A stretch of 63,751 nt of DNA, filler included, from Octopus bimaculoides (GCF_001194135.2; 5 parts of 4 records of this genome joined end to end with filler, not necessarily neighbours in it), one strand, 5' to 3'; shown: positions 1 to 13,160, counted from the whole stretch's first letter. Translations and numbers: made by a program. Notes: a model not told the origin generated them from the sequence alone.

Positions 1-176
1 ATGCTATTCATATCTGCTCTCGGTCTGCTTAGAAGGTTGTTGTATCTTAGAATATGTGCTGCTTCTTTTAGTTTTCGTATTTTCCAGTGGTGTTCTCTGT
101 CTATTATTTTAACTTCATCCCACAGGGGAAGATGGTCTCCATTTTTCTATACATGATCAGCTATACTCGATTTATC
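1..176 (-). mobile_element. Penelope-like element, GIY-YIG endonuclease C-terminal fragment (degenerate)
   Basis: Translates to DKSSIADHV*KNGDHLPLWDEVKIIDREHHWKIRKLKEAAHILRYNNLLSR, the typical PLE endonuclease tail (H...WD.VKI.D.E..W..R..KEA.HI...N...R). One in-frame stop. Confidence 0.8.
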
Positions 177-996
177 AATATCTCCTCGTGTTACAGCTGT
201 GCGATGTTCCTGTACCCTTTTCTTTTTTTATGAGGTAGGTAGGCATTTCTGTGCGTGTGTGTGCATGTGTGTATGTGCGTGTGTATGTATGCGTTTGTGT
301 GTGTACGTATGTGTGTGTGCGTATATGTATATGTTGAGTACACACATATACACACGCACACACAGGTACACACACATATACACACTCACACACATACACA
401 CACACACGCACATGAATGCGCACTTATTTCCGACACACACAACACACATGCACACATACTTCAAACTGCCAGTCAAACACCTTTCTACTGATCATTCCTG
501 TACGCACATGTGAAGAGACACACAACTACACAAAAGTCAGCCACTCCTGTTACCGCGCTGCGGAATTCTTCCTACAACATTAGGAGACACAAAGTTCAAG
601 CACACATACACGTATAAACAGCAAAAACCACACACACACCACACAGCCACAATACATAAACATATGCACATGCACATACTATTACACATACACACACATA
701 CACACACACAGGGAGAATTGCGGGCACGTACATACCCACACATACCTCCTTCTCTTACACTCTCCTGTCTCCCGGGCATTTCAAAATATAACCACATGCG
801 AATCGTTGGTGATTTTCTTCTTCCGTCTTCCTTTTCTATTGGACGTTTCTCTGCTTCTAAAAAAGAACGTTGCTCGAAACGTTAAACCATCTTTCTTTCC
901 TTTTCTGGGCGTCTGCTAATACTTTGCATGTGCGACAGCCTTTGCGTGTTGTTGTTTTGCGTTTGCTCTTCGTTTTTGGGGGGGAATTTACCATAG

Positions 997-1045
<49 letters not shown>

Positions 1046-2014
1046 CATATGTGCGTGTGTATATATATATATGTGTGTGTGTATCTTTTGTCTTTTACCT
1101 GTTTCAGTAGCTAGAATGCGGCCATGTTGGAGCACCATCTCGAAGAGTTTTAGTCTAACAAATCGACTCCAGAGCCTATTATTTTTTTCTGTAAAGCCTG
1201 TTACTTGCCGAACTGCTAAGTTCCGAGAACATAAAGACACGAACACCAGTTCCCCACTCACAAAAGTTTGGTCAGCCCAAATCTATAGTAGAAAGCATTT
1301 TCCCTAGATCCCACGCAGTAGCATGGGACACGGAACTATATGGTTAGGAAACAGAACCAAATGCATATTTACTACACTTCAGTATTTCTAACGATTCCAG
1401 AATGATGAAAAATATAGTCCTTTTTATTCTGTGTCGAGATTTCAAACTTTCTTGGCATTAGACAAATACTATCTCGGTACTACAGAAATTAATATCAAAA
1501 ATTCATATTGCAAGTTTAAAATATTTTTATACAAAATGATTACCTGCAAAACATTTTAAGGTGTACATATATAGTAAACGTATGTTAACTGTTATTTCCA
1601 CTCCTACAGAATATGAGTCTCATAACACAAAAATCAATTCTAGATAATTTGAATGTATTTAATACGCACGTTTCAAGCGGTTACATAACATCTCGTTACG
1701 CAGATATCCACCCTCTTCTGTTATTATAAGCAAAATACATTATTGGTTTCGAATATATTTCTATATATAAACTGTAGACTGCATATGTAGAGTTACACAA
1801 AATGTATAGAAAAAAGTATATAAAGAAAGAGAAAAGTGAGTAATGCAGAAAAAAATCCCGTGAAAAGTGATAAGCTAGAATAGAATTGTAGAGGTATCTA
1901 AAATGGGAGTAGAAAAGATAACAAAGAAAAAGAAAAAGAATGAATAACAAGCACAAGGAAAGAGAAGAATAATAAATTATACTGCCAAAGACAAAACAAG
2001 TCATTTTCAAGCAG

Positions 2015-3833
2015 GCTAAGAAATATGATCCCCCATGCTGATGAAATCTTGAACACGCTAAAGTTGTACTACTTAAGCAGAATGAAGTACGAGAAGTGGA
2101 TTAAATATTAATTAATCACAAAAGTAAAAGTCAATGACAGCATCATTAATGACATTAATAATAATGAGGAAGAATGACGATGATGATGATGACGACGACG
2201 ACAACGACGACGACGATGATGCTTATGATGCTTATGAGGATGAGGATGATGATGATGATGATGATGATGATATAAACTAAGATAATCATAATAATTATAA
2301 TGATAATGAACAAAAATTACAAAAGATACTAATAGAAAACATCACCTACTGATTCAGAAACTGAATCGGTAATTATGGTCACTCAGAAGCAAGTCATTAA
2401 ATCGAAGTTTATAACGGCAAGGATTGATAAAATAATTCATTCAGAATGCAAATCCGGAATCTGTCGAAAAGGAGACCAACGCATTAACCGTCTTCTGCGT
2501 GAATACAGTAAGCTGACATACAAAGTGTACAAATGCAAGCATAACTATGTCGGTAGAAGGGAGCAATAAAATGTTAGTCGTGGGTGTGGCATCAAAGCGA
2601 ATAAAAAGTAGGATAAAAACGACACAGAGGCTGAGATGCACATTGACTCTTTTTTATATTTAAAGACCTCATTGTCCAGAGAACAAGGGAGGACATCTTT
2701 AATTTCTTCATGATTTTATTAACGTGGAGTTCATACTTCGCAGCCTTCATCACAATGGATTGTCCTATCTTTTGCAGTACAATATATTAACTTTTCTTTC
2801 CTTCTACGGTTGCAAGTTAACGTTTGTTTATTTATTTTTTATTATTAAGTTATCATTAATTACTCTTCCTCTTCTTCCTTAGTTTTAAATTATATTCTCT
2901 CTTATCTCTTTTAATCTAAACATTTTTTCTATTTTTCTCTTTTCGGTCTTACTTTCTAAATTGTTTGTGCCATAGTTTTCTATACTTTATGCATTCTAAT
3001 ATATATTGGAGCAAATTTGAAACTACCTTTACATTTCGTTTATAATGACTGAAAAAAAGAATACCTGCGTGAGAGAGATATTACGTAACCATTTGAAACG
3101 TGCATTTGTACTTGTGATTATATATATATATTCTTTTATTCTTTCATTTGTTTCAGTCGTTTGACTGTGGCCATGCTGGAGCACCACCTTTAGTCGAGCA
3201 AATCGACCGCAGGACTTATTCTTTGTAAGCCTAGTACTTATTCTATCGGTCTCTTTTGCCGAACCGCTAAGTTACGGGGACGTGAACACACCAACATCGG
3301 TTGACAAGCGATGGTGGGAGGCGACAAACACAGACATACAAACACACAAACACACAGACACACAAACACACATACACACACATACACACACATATGGCGT
3401 AGTGGTTAAGAGCGCGGGCTACTAACCCCAAGGTTCCGAGTTCGATTCACGGCAGCGACCTGATTAATAATAGTAATAATAATTATAATATATATATATN
3501 NNNNNNNNNNNNNNNNNNNNNNNNNNNNNNNNNNNNNNNNNNNNNNNNNNNNNNNNNNNNNNNNNNNNNNNNNNNNNNNNNNNNNNNNNNNNNNNNNNNN
3601 NNNNNNNNNNNNNNNNNNNNNNNNNNNNNNNNNNNNNNNNNNNNNNNNNNNNNNNNNNNNNNNNNNNNNNNNNNNNNNNNNNNNNNNNNNNNNNNNNNNN
3701 NNNNNNNNNNNNNNNNNNNNNNNNNNNNNNNNNNNNNNNNNNNNNNNNNNNNNNNNNNNNNNNNNNNNNNNNNNNNNNNNNNNNNNNNNNNNNNNNNNNN
3801 NNNNNNNNNNNNNNCATATATATACATACATTT

Positions 3834-3892
<59 letters not shown>

Positions 3893-6105
3893 ACCGAACG
3901 TCTTTACTTATAATTTAATGCTCATAGACAACATTTTAGTATGCCTCAACACTCTCACACACACACATACACACACATAAGCAAACACACGCAGACACAC
4001 AAATAGATATGCACAAATAAATATATATGAGGTGCGAACCTTGTGTAGAGGAAATGTACCAAATTTTCACTGCTAGATTTAATCTAATAAACTCAAAGTA
4101 GGAACGTGTTCTAAGATGGCTTCATACAAGAAAATTTACATTAAAAAAATCTAGATAAGCAAATTACACTTTATACAATGATGAATATTATTATAATAAC
4201 AATTGAGAAACCAAGAACCAAAAAATAAATCAAACATGATAGAAGACCTCTACACTAAGTATATTCTCTTTGAAATAAGTGGAAAAGTAAACTTTTAGTA
4301 TTAATGATAAATCTACATAAACAATCAATCCAACGGTGACCTATTTTTAGGAACCATGTTTCGCTTCACCTACCACATTTTGTAGAGGTGAACCCTTAGT
4401 CAAAATTCCAACAACTATTAATAGTGGCACCCATAACTCCTACAAAACACTCTATTCACTCAGTTTGTTAATTCCTTCTGTCTTGCTTCGAAACGGCAGA
4501 GAGTAGGGTCCCTGATGAAACTGCACCAACCAAGACACTAGGTTGCATATCCAACAGTGTGCAGTCGCTGCAGCTGGAACACGTGTAGGTCTCGTAAAGA
4601 TGGTATAAATAACTGTTAAATAAAACTACAGATGTGAAAATTCTCCGTTCTCCTTATCATAATTAATATTATATATAATTTTACACACACATATATACAT
4701 ACACATATATATTTACACATATGTATATGCATATATATATATATACATACATATATNNNNNNNNNNNNNNNNNNNNNNNNNNNNNNNNNNNNNNNNNNNN
4801 NNNNNNNNNNNNNNNNNNNNNNNNNNNNNNNNNNNNNNNNNNNNNNNNNNNNNNNNNNNNNNNNNNNNNNNNNNNNNNNNNNNNNNNNNNNNNNNNNNNN
4901 NNNNNNNNNNNNNNNNNNNNNNNNNNNNNNNNNNNNNNNNNNNNNNNNNNNNNNNNNNNNNNNNNNNNNNNNNNNNTACATACATACATGAATATATACA
5001 TATATATACCTATATATACATATTTATTTATATACATACATAAACACACACACACACATATATACATATATATATATGTACATATAATATAGATATGCAT
5101 CGATAAACATATATAGAGCTGGTACAGAGACAATTCTAACAGATCATTAAAGTTGTGTTAAACTATTTATTTGTTTTCTTGCTTAGAGTGTGTGTATCTG
5201 CGTATATATGTGTGTGTAAGTGTATAATTACGTATATATGTACGAGGTCTGATCAATAAGTATCCGGACTATTGCCATAGTCACGAAGCTAGAGAACCCA
5301 GAGTAAAGCCGCTTAGTACAGATTGACCTTGAACTTTGCTGTGCAAGCGCACTAAGTTTTAACGTTCAAGCTCAATTCTGATGTCTAAAACAGTGATTGG
5401 AAGTAACGTGTGTAACGTGTGATCTTCGCATTGACCAAGACGAAGAAATCTGAGCAGAGAATCTGCATCAAATCTTGCTAAAAGTTTGGCGATACCTGCT
5501 CAGAGACCTACACAAAGTTTTCAAAAAGGTTTCATCGTTCTCGACACAATCAAGGTCTTTTGCAGCTGGAACCCGAGTGTCTTCTTAGTCGGCTGAAAGC
5601 AGTTCTGGCACAAACTTGGCAGACACGCGTCTCATAACCAAAGTTTCAGTGATAAGTAGCACAACCTCTGATAGCTCACAGATTGTGATTCGTCGATTTC
5701 TCCTTACAGTTGCACTGATTCTAAATTATTTCTGACATATATGTATATATAGGTATATATGCATATTTCTATGTATATGCATGTGTGTGTGTGTGTGTTT
5801 GTGTGTATGTTAGTCTGTTTGAGGAGGAAGACAAGAAGATTGAAGAGACGGACAAACTGATTTCAATGGAAATACGAAGAATCAGGGAGGAGAAAATACT
5901 ACCAAATCTTACAACTATTACCAACACTAGTTAGTTTGCAGTATAAACTATCATAACTTGCCATAATTTTTTATGTCACATTAATCTCTTCGTCTCACAA
6001 CTCTCATAGGCATTTTACATTTTTTCATTGTCTCGTTTACTGATTCCACTGATATTAATACATACATAAAACCTCTACATTCATATATAATATAATATGT
6101 GTGTT

Positions 6106-6138
<33 letters not shown>

Positions 6139-6275
6139 TTATGTGTCTGTATTCGGGATATTAGTGTGGTTCGGAATATTTATGTTTGATTCTATTACTA
6201 AGCTTCATAAACACATATGTATGCATAATGCACACACACGCATACACACACACACACACACATACACTCACACAC

Positions 6276-6364
<89 letters not shown>

Positions 6365-6531
6365 TATATGTATGTATGTATGAATATATGTATATTATAA
6401 ATATATGTGCGTTTGTGCATGTGTGTGTATGTGTATTATATTCATAAATATATATATATACTATGTATGTATATAAAATATACACATATGCACATTGAAA
6501 CACGCGTGCATATATAATATGTGTGCACACT

Positions 6532-6575
<44 letters not shown>

Positions 6576-8266
6576 CACACACACACTCACACACAAATTC
6601 ATACGTGTCTACATACATTTATGCATTAAGAATTGTATAAAGCTTTGTATATCATATATTGTTTTCGTCAGTTCCTCACTCTGTCTGTGTCTGTCTCTCT
6701 CTTTCTCTTTCTCTCTCTCTCTCTGTCTCTCTCTCTGTCTCTCTGTATCTTTCTTTCTATGCATCTATATGCCTACTGTGCATGTATCTATAAGGATTTC
6801 TAAATATATTTGTTTCTATTTCTGCGTGCGCATGTATATATGTTGTCATTTCTTAGTAAAACCCGCATCGTTTCGACTATGAATGCCTGTTGACGTGTTT
6901 GAGGAAAGCAGGCGACATTACAGCCAGACTGCTGAATGAATATGGATCATGACAGCGACATATTGGGTGATGGCCACATTCTAAAGGCGAATGTCATCTC
7001 CAGATAGCTGATAATGATTTAGTGAAATTTTACTGTACAAAACAGCCAGGTATATTAGAATCTGGAGGCAAACGAGTAATTTTCGGGCGGTCAAAGAGTC
7101 ACGATGGAAAAGTGAGTAAACGACATGCGTGAGAAGAAAAATACGGCATTACTCGACAAAGACAACATATATATAGAACACGTTAGCACGATCAAAATGA
7201 CATGGAAACGTATATACATACACACATACACATATATACGTAACATATATATATATATATATATGTANNNNNNNNNNNNNNNNNNNNNNNNNNNNNNNNN
7301 NNNNNNNNNNNNNNNNNNNNNNNNNNNNNNNNNNNNNNNNNNNNNNNNNNNNNNNNNNNNNNNNNNNNNNNNNNNNNNNNNNNNNNNNNNNNNNNNNNNN
7401 NNNNNNNNNNNNNNNNNNNNNNNNNNNNNNNNNNNNNNNNNNNNNNNNNNNNNNNNNNNNNNNNNNNNNNNNNNNNNNNNNNNNNNNNNNNNNNNNNNNN
7501 NNNNNNNNNNNNNNNNNNNNNNNNNNNNNNNNNNNNNNNNNNNNNNNNNNNNNNNNNNNNNNNNNNNNNNNNNNNNNNNNNNNNNNNNNNNNNNNNNNNN
7601 NNNNNNNNNNNNNNNNNNNNNNNNNNNNNNNNNNNNNNNNNNNNNNNNNNNNNNNNNNNNNNNNNNNNNNNNNNNNNNNNNNNNNNNNNNNNNNNNNNNN
7701 NNNNNNNNNNNNNNNNNNNNNNNNNNNNNNNNNNNNNNNNNNNNNNNNNNNNNNNNNNNNNNNNNNNNNNNNNNNNNNNNNNNNNNNNNNNNNNNNNNNN
7801 NNNNNNNNNNNNNNNNNNNNNNNNNNNNNNNNNNNNNNNNNNNNNNNNNNNNNNNNNNNNNNNNNNNNNNNNNNNNNNNNNNNNNNNNNNNNNNNNNNNN
7901 NNNNNNNNNNNNNNNNNNNNNNNNNNNNNNNNNNNNNNNNNNNNNNNNNNNNNNNNNNNNNNNNNNNNNNNNNNNNNNNNNNNNNNNNNNNNNNNNNNNN
8001 NNNNNNNNNNNNNNNNNNNNNNNTATATATACGACGGTCTTCTTTCTGTTTCTGTCTACCAAATCCAATCAGAAGGCTTTGGTTGGCCCGAGGCTATAGT
8101 AGAAGACACTTGCCCAAGGTGCCACGCAGTGGGAAGCAAGCTTCTTACCACACAGCCACTATATATATCTGACAAATTTATCAGACCCGATGAAAAATAA
8201 TGACAATAACAATATCTATCATTTATCGCTTTGTCAGATGTGGAAGGGCGGGTTGCACGGCACTGA
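2015..8266 (+). CDS. Candidate unidentified spliced gene; exons 2015-2086, 5814-5929, 7046-7111, 8238-8266
   Basis: AG/GT-bounded, phase-compatible chain (2/2, 2/1, 1/1, 1/stop) reading [93 protein letters not shown]. Only the 7112 donor (GTGAGT) is strong. No recognisable homology. Confidence 0.3.
3396..3485 (+). mobile_element. Short tRNA-like SINE with (AAT)n tail
   Basis: GGCGTAGTGGTTAAG...GAGTTCGATTC boxes, no acceptor stem, immediate AAT-repeat tail. Confidence 0.65.
5241..5645 (+). mobile_element. Rearranged mariner remnant (5' end forward, internal fragment inverted)
   Basis: TA+CGAGGTCTGATCAATAAGTATCCGGAC terminus. [21 protein letters not shown] on +. [16 protein letters not shown] on - at about 5531-5645. 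Confidence 0.75.
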
Positions 8267-8365
8267 GAATGGTATAAAATTGAGAGGAAGTTATTCTCAG
8301 AAGGAAGATGTAACCTGAGCGTTTGCAACTGAATGGACTCTGCTAAAGGTAATCACAGTCTAAGT

Positions 8366-8763
8366 CAGTGGTTCTTTACTGGAGTCATATGGAACCTGGG
8401 GTTCAATATAAAATTTGTGGCTTCTACGCAGGCAAAAATAGTAAACTGGGGATTCACAGTAGTATTATAAAAGTTCGAGAAAAATATTTGAGTTTAGATG
8501 TATTTATTGCAAGAAATAGCTAAGTTCCTTTCTCTAAAATTTTAAATAGTTCGACATGTTTATGGCCACTAAAATATGTCCTATCAAAGAATTCTATTGC
8601 AAACCTATCCAAGTGACCGTGTGAAAAAAGAAATAGGAATTTTGAAAGAAGTCTCTATAAAATTAGCTTTTAAACACTAAATGACTATAAGGGTCCACGA
8701 GAATAAAATAGTAAGCAAAGGAGTCCATACATTAAAAACAAAATCGTTGAGAACCAATCACTG
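8366..8763. mobile_element. hAT (Charlie-like) MITE with 8-bp TSD
   Basis: Ends CAGTGGTTCT...GAGAACCAATCACTG. Flanked by GTCTAAGT and GTCTAAAT (7/8 identical, NTCTAGAN-like target). Confidence 0.8.
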
Positions 8764-9269
8764 GTCTAAATCATGTTATTACTTTTAAACCGGGAGACCG
8801 ATTAAGTCGACCAATGTTTGATCTGCTGCCAACTTCAGAGATTAATATTATACAAACAACTAGTGTACAAATTAAACTTTAGCTGTAATATAGATAAGGG
8901 TAAGAATCGGTCACATCTTCGTGTCAATCAGATTGTTGTTGAGTCCCAGAGAAACAGAGCTCATGGCTTATTACACCGCTAGGTATGACTATTAGAAAAT
9001 TTTAACAATTCAGACGTGTTGTTCATATATATATATATATATATATATATANNNNNNNNNNNNNNNNNNNNNNNNNNNNNNNNNNNNNNNNNNNNNNNNN
9101 NNNNNNNNNNNNNNNNNNNNNNNNNNNNNNNNNNNNNNNNNNNNNNNNNNNNNNNNNNNNNNNNNNNNNNNNNNNNNNNNNNNNNNNNNGTTCGTTTTTT
9201 TATCATACCTTTTATCGCTTTGAAAGACATTGCTGCCAAATTCATTAATGGAATATTTTCTTTTAGCTG

Positions 9270-9985
9270 AAGGCATCGTCAACACCACCACTACTAGCAA
9301 CAGCAGCATCACTACGACACCATCACAAACACCATCCACAAGATCACCGTCACTGCAACCACCAATACCATTATGATCGACATCGCCACACCATTACTAT
9401 TATTAGCACCGCCACGACTGCCACCAACATCAACTGCAAATTCTCTACCAGCACCACTACCATAACAACAACCACTAGTATAGCTATCATTTGCGCCGCC
9501 TCGTATACCATCTCCTACAGGCAAATGATATCTTCACTACCACAAACATTACTCGCCAACACAACCAGCACTATGACAAAAACACCAACAACAAACATCC
9601 TTAAGACCTCCACCAAACCCCCATCTCTCGCCGCCGACATTATCACATGTCACTACCACCGCGAACATCAAACCCACTACCACCATCACAACATACACTA
9701 ATCTCATCACCTCCACCACCACCACCAACAACAACAACAAGAACAACATATCTAGTATCCTTCCATTCACTACCACCGCCACTAAAAACAAAACATTGAC
9801 AACGACAACAACATATTGAGTTGCACCATAACCACTACCTTCGACAAAAATAAAACCGAACAAAAAATAATTCTATCAACAATGATGACCTCAATTTTCC
9901 ATGCCCACCCACTAAGACAGACATAATCAATAGCCATCAATAACACTATCATCATCATCAATATTATCATTACTACCGCCAACAT
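9270..9985. repeat. Degenerate (CAC/CAA/CAT)n low-complexity tract; similar tract at 59500-59880
   Basis: C/A-rich triplet periodicity with no long open frame. Confidence 0.8.
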
Positions 9986-10030
9986 CGAACCAAGAAAAAA
10001 AAAGTTTCTATTCGGCTAAATACAGCAACT

Positions 10031-10635
10031 AAATCTCCTTGAAATTACTCCCCACCAAACGTCTTCGAAAGAGGTAGGCCATATTGGACAACATGCTAAT
10101 CGATGTGAAGGTCATAGGTTTCCTGAGTCCCAAATCTCCTTGAAATTTCTCCCTGCCTAACGTCTTCGAATGAGAAAGGCCATATTGGACAAGATACAAT
10201 TCGATGGGATGGTCATGGGTTTCCTCAGTCCCAAGTCTCCTTGAAATTTCTCCCTGCCTAACGTCTTCGAATGAGAAATGCCATATTGGACAACATTCAA
10301 TTCGATGGGATGGTCATGGTTTCCTCAGTCCCAAATCTCCTTGAAATTTATCTCTGCTTAATGTCTTCGAAAGAGGAAGGCCATATTGGACAACATACAA
10401 TTCGATGTGATGGTCATGGGTTTTCTCAGTCCCAAATCTTGAAATTACTCTCTGCCTAACGTCTTCGAAAGAGGGAGGCCATATTGGACAACATTCAATT
10501 CGATGTGATGATCATGGGTTTTCTCAGTCCCAAATCTCCTTGAAATTACTCCCTGCCTAATAACGTCTTCCAAAGAGGGAGGCCATAGGGGACAACAGAC
10601 AATTCGATGTGATGGTCATGGGTTTGCACAGTCCC
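10031..10635. repeat. Tandem repeat, about 100-bp period, six copies
   Basis: AA(A/G)TCTCCTTGAAATT recurs at 10031, 10132, 10233, 10333, 10434 (shortened) and 10532. Each unit contains CGTCTTC...GCCATA...GGACAA...GATG...TCAT...GTCCC. Confidence 0.95.
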
Positions 10636-11851
10636 ATCTGACCTGGTTTGAAACAACACCCTAAACGGTTTACAATATCTAACGACTTCCCAAGAATTAT
10701 CATCACCGCCATTCCTAGAATCATCACAACCACTACCACCACCACTGAGCAATCTGCGTCTTTATCATTATTCCTACCAGTTATCACCAGGACCAGAGCC
10801 TTTACGTAGTCATTTGAACTGTATAGTACCAATCCAGAAATATCAGACTGATGGTATTATGAGCGGACTGGACAAAATTCCTTTGTGGTAACTGCTCCAG
10901 CTCTTTGCATTCTGGTAGAAACACTTTCGGCAAAACTGGTGCAATGTAGAATTGTGCAAGTCGAGGGTTTTTTCCTTGGATAAATATCGGTGTCGTGGAA
11001 ACGAGGGGGGGGGGNNNNNNNNNNNNNNNNNNNNNNNNNNNNNNNNNNNNNNNNNNNNNNNNNNNNNNNNNNNNNNNNNNNNNNNNNNNNNNNNNNNNNN
11101 NNNNNNNNNNNNNNNNNNNNNNNNNNNNNNNNNNNNNNNNNNNNNNNNNNNNNNNNNNNNNNNNNNNNNNNNNNNNNNNNNNNNNNNNNNNNNNNNNNNN
11201 NNNNNNNNNNNNNNNNNNNNNNNNNNNNNNNNNNNNNNNNNNNNNNNNNNNNNNNNNNNNNNNNNNNNNNNNNNNNNNNNNNNNNNNNNNNNNNNNNNNN
11301 NNNNNNNNNNNNNNNNNNNNNNNNNNNNNNNNNNNNNNNNNNNNNNNNNNNNNNNNNNNNNNNNNNNNNNNNNNNNNNNNNNNNNNNNNNNNNNNNNNNN
11401 NNNNNNNNNNNNNNNNNNNNNNNNNNNNNNNNNNNNNNNNNNNNNNNNNNNNNNNNNNNNNNNNNNNNNNNNNNNNNNNNNNNNNNNNNNNNNNNNNNNN
11501 NNNNNNNNNNNNNNNNNNNNNNNNNNNNNNNNNNNNNNNNNNNNNNNNNNNNNNNNNNNNNNNNNNNNNNNNNNNNNNNNNNNNNNNNNNNNNNNNNNNN
11601 NNNNNNNNNNNNNNNNNNNNNNNNNNNNNNNNNNNNNNNNNNNNNNNNNNNNNNNNNNNNNNNNNNNNNNNNNNNNNNNNNNNNNNNNNNNNNNNNNNNN
11701 NNNNNNNNNNNNNNNNNNNNNNNNNNNNNNNNNNNNNNNNNNNNNNNNNNNNNNNNNNNNNNNNNNNNNNNNNNNNNNNNNNNNNNNNNNNNNNNNNNNN
11801 NNNNNNNNNNNNNNNNNNNNNNNNNNNNNNNNNNNNNNNNNNNNNNNNNNN

Positions 11852-13160
11852 CATATAAATAAAAGTTCCTTTAATTCCTACATATGCTTCAAAATATATG
11901 TACACTCTACTCCGAAGGAGTAAGAGCTGCTGAAATTACACATATATTCATCATCAGGGAACCAACATATAGAAGCAAGACAAATGCGAAATGATGAGGT
12001 AACTTACGAGTTATAATATTATAATATGATATGGCCAAGTAAGTGACCGTTAGAAGTAAGAACGCTTGCTTACATAGAGTTATAACGGGAGGGGGCTGTA
12101 AACGCTATACAAAAGGTTTAAATTAAATGATTAAAATGGGGGGAGGAGGGCAAAATGGATTACAGTAAAGTAAACTGAAGTCATAAACTGAAAGCTAATT
12201 CAAAAGTGGAGGAAGGGAGAGAATCAAAAGAGTTCATCAAATATAAAACATTTTCTCCTTAAGGAAAAAAACTAATGACATACTAATATAAAGTGTAGAA
12301 AGTTAATATAAAAAATAGCCTAGTAATATATTGTATTATTATACGGATATTAACGCAAGTTAAGGGTAAAACAAGGTATAGGATATTTAGTGGAGAAATA
12401 ATAATAAAAATGTACACGCTTACAAGGAGAAGATCGGAAATATTTAGTTAAAGTTACCAATGGTACGAACAACAACCAGTGTGGCATTACAAGGAAGAAT
12501 TTACTTAACTAACTATAAAAGGGGAAAATAAAGGACAAGTGGTGATGGAAGCAGTAATAGATATTGTTGAAGATTATATTAAAAATATCAAAATTAATAA
12601 CATACTGATTTGAAGCGAAGAATGTAAACATGATAAATGAAACATCATTGCCTTGAAATATACTAATATACGGATGTATACTAGGCTATGCTGCTTTATT
12701 TATTTATTTTTTATATTTACTTTCTTCGCTTTATATTAGTATGTTATTAGTTTTTTCCTTAAGGAGACAGTTTTTTTTTTTATATTTGACGAACTCTCTT
12801 AATTCTCTCCCTTCCTCCACTTTTGAATTAGCTTTTAGTTTACGACTTCAGTTTACTTTACTGTGATCATTTAATTCAAACCTTTAGTATAGCGTTTACA
12901 GCTCCCCACCACCACCACCACCACCATTATAACTCGATGTAAACAAGCGTTCTTACTTCTAACGGTCACTTACTTGGCCATATAAGATTATAATATTATA
13001 ACTCGTAAGTTACCTTATCATTTCGCATTTGTCTTGCTTCTATATGTTGGTTCTCTGACAATGAATATATGTGGAATTCCAGCAGCTCTTACTTTTTTTG
13101 AGTAGTATGCACATATATTTTGAGACATATGTAGGAATTAAAGGAACTTTTATTTATATG
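11852..13160. mobile_element. Fold-back / long-TIR element (arms about 475 bp, spacer about 350 bp)
   Basis: 11852-12325 is the reverse complement of 12679-13160 with scattered substitutions and indels (for example GTAACTTACGAGTTATAATATTATAAT versus ATTATAATATTATAACTCGTAAGTTAC). The left end runs into an N gap. Confidence 0.85.

Noticed and set aside
175-520. ORFs such as MRIHVRVCVYVC... and the many CV, YI, HT, LSIY and ER-repeat ORFs across the window
   Set aside because: Translations of (CA)n, (TA)n, (TCTA)n and (GA)n microsatellites with no complexity or splice support.
3396-3470. Possible tRNA gene (anticodon-loop-like CTACTAA)
   Set aside because: No 7-bp acceptor stem and it runs straight into an AAT tail, so it is a SINE head.
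4495-4580. Plus-strand hammerhead (GAAAC...CTGATGA...)
   Set aside because: CTGATGA is followed by a stem (ACTGCAC/GTGCAGT) but not by GAAA, and the upstream GAAAC cannot form valid stems I and II in a permuted topology.
7091-8099. Long poly-X ORFs over N runs (also at 10.8-11.9, 33-35, 43.4-44.5, 52 and 62-63 kb)
   Set aside because: Artefacts of translating assembly gaps.
9270-9985. Mucin-like Thr-rich coding exon (also 59651-59977 His/Asp-rich ORFs)
   Set aside because: Degenerate trinucleotide repeat with interrupting stops and no splice signals.
10031-10635. CRISPR-like or coding repeat array
   Set aside because: No unique spacers, eukaryotic context, no cas genes, and stop codons within the units.
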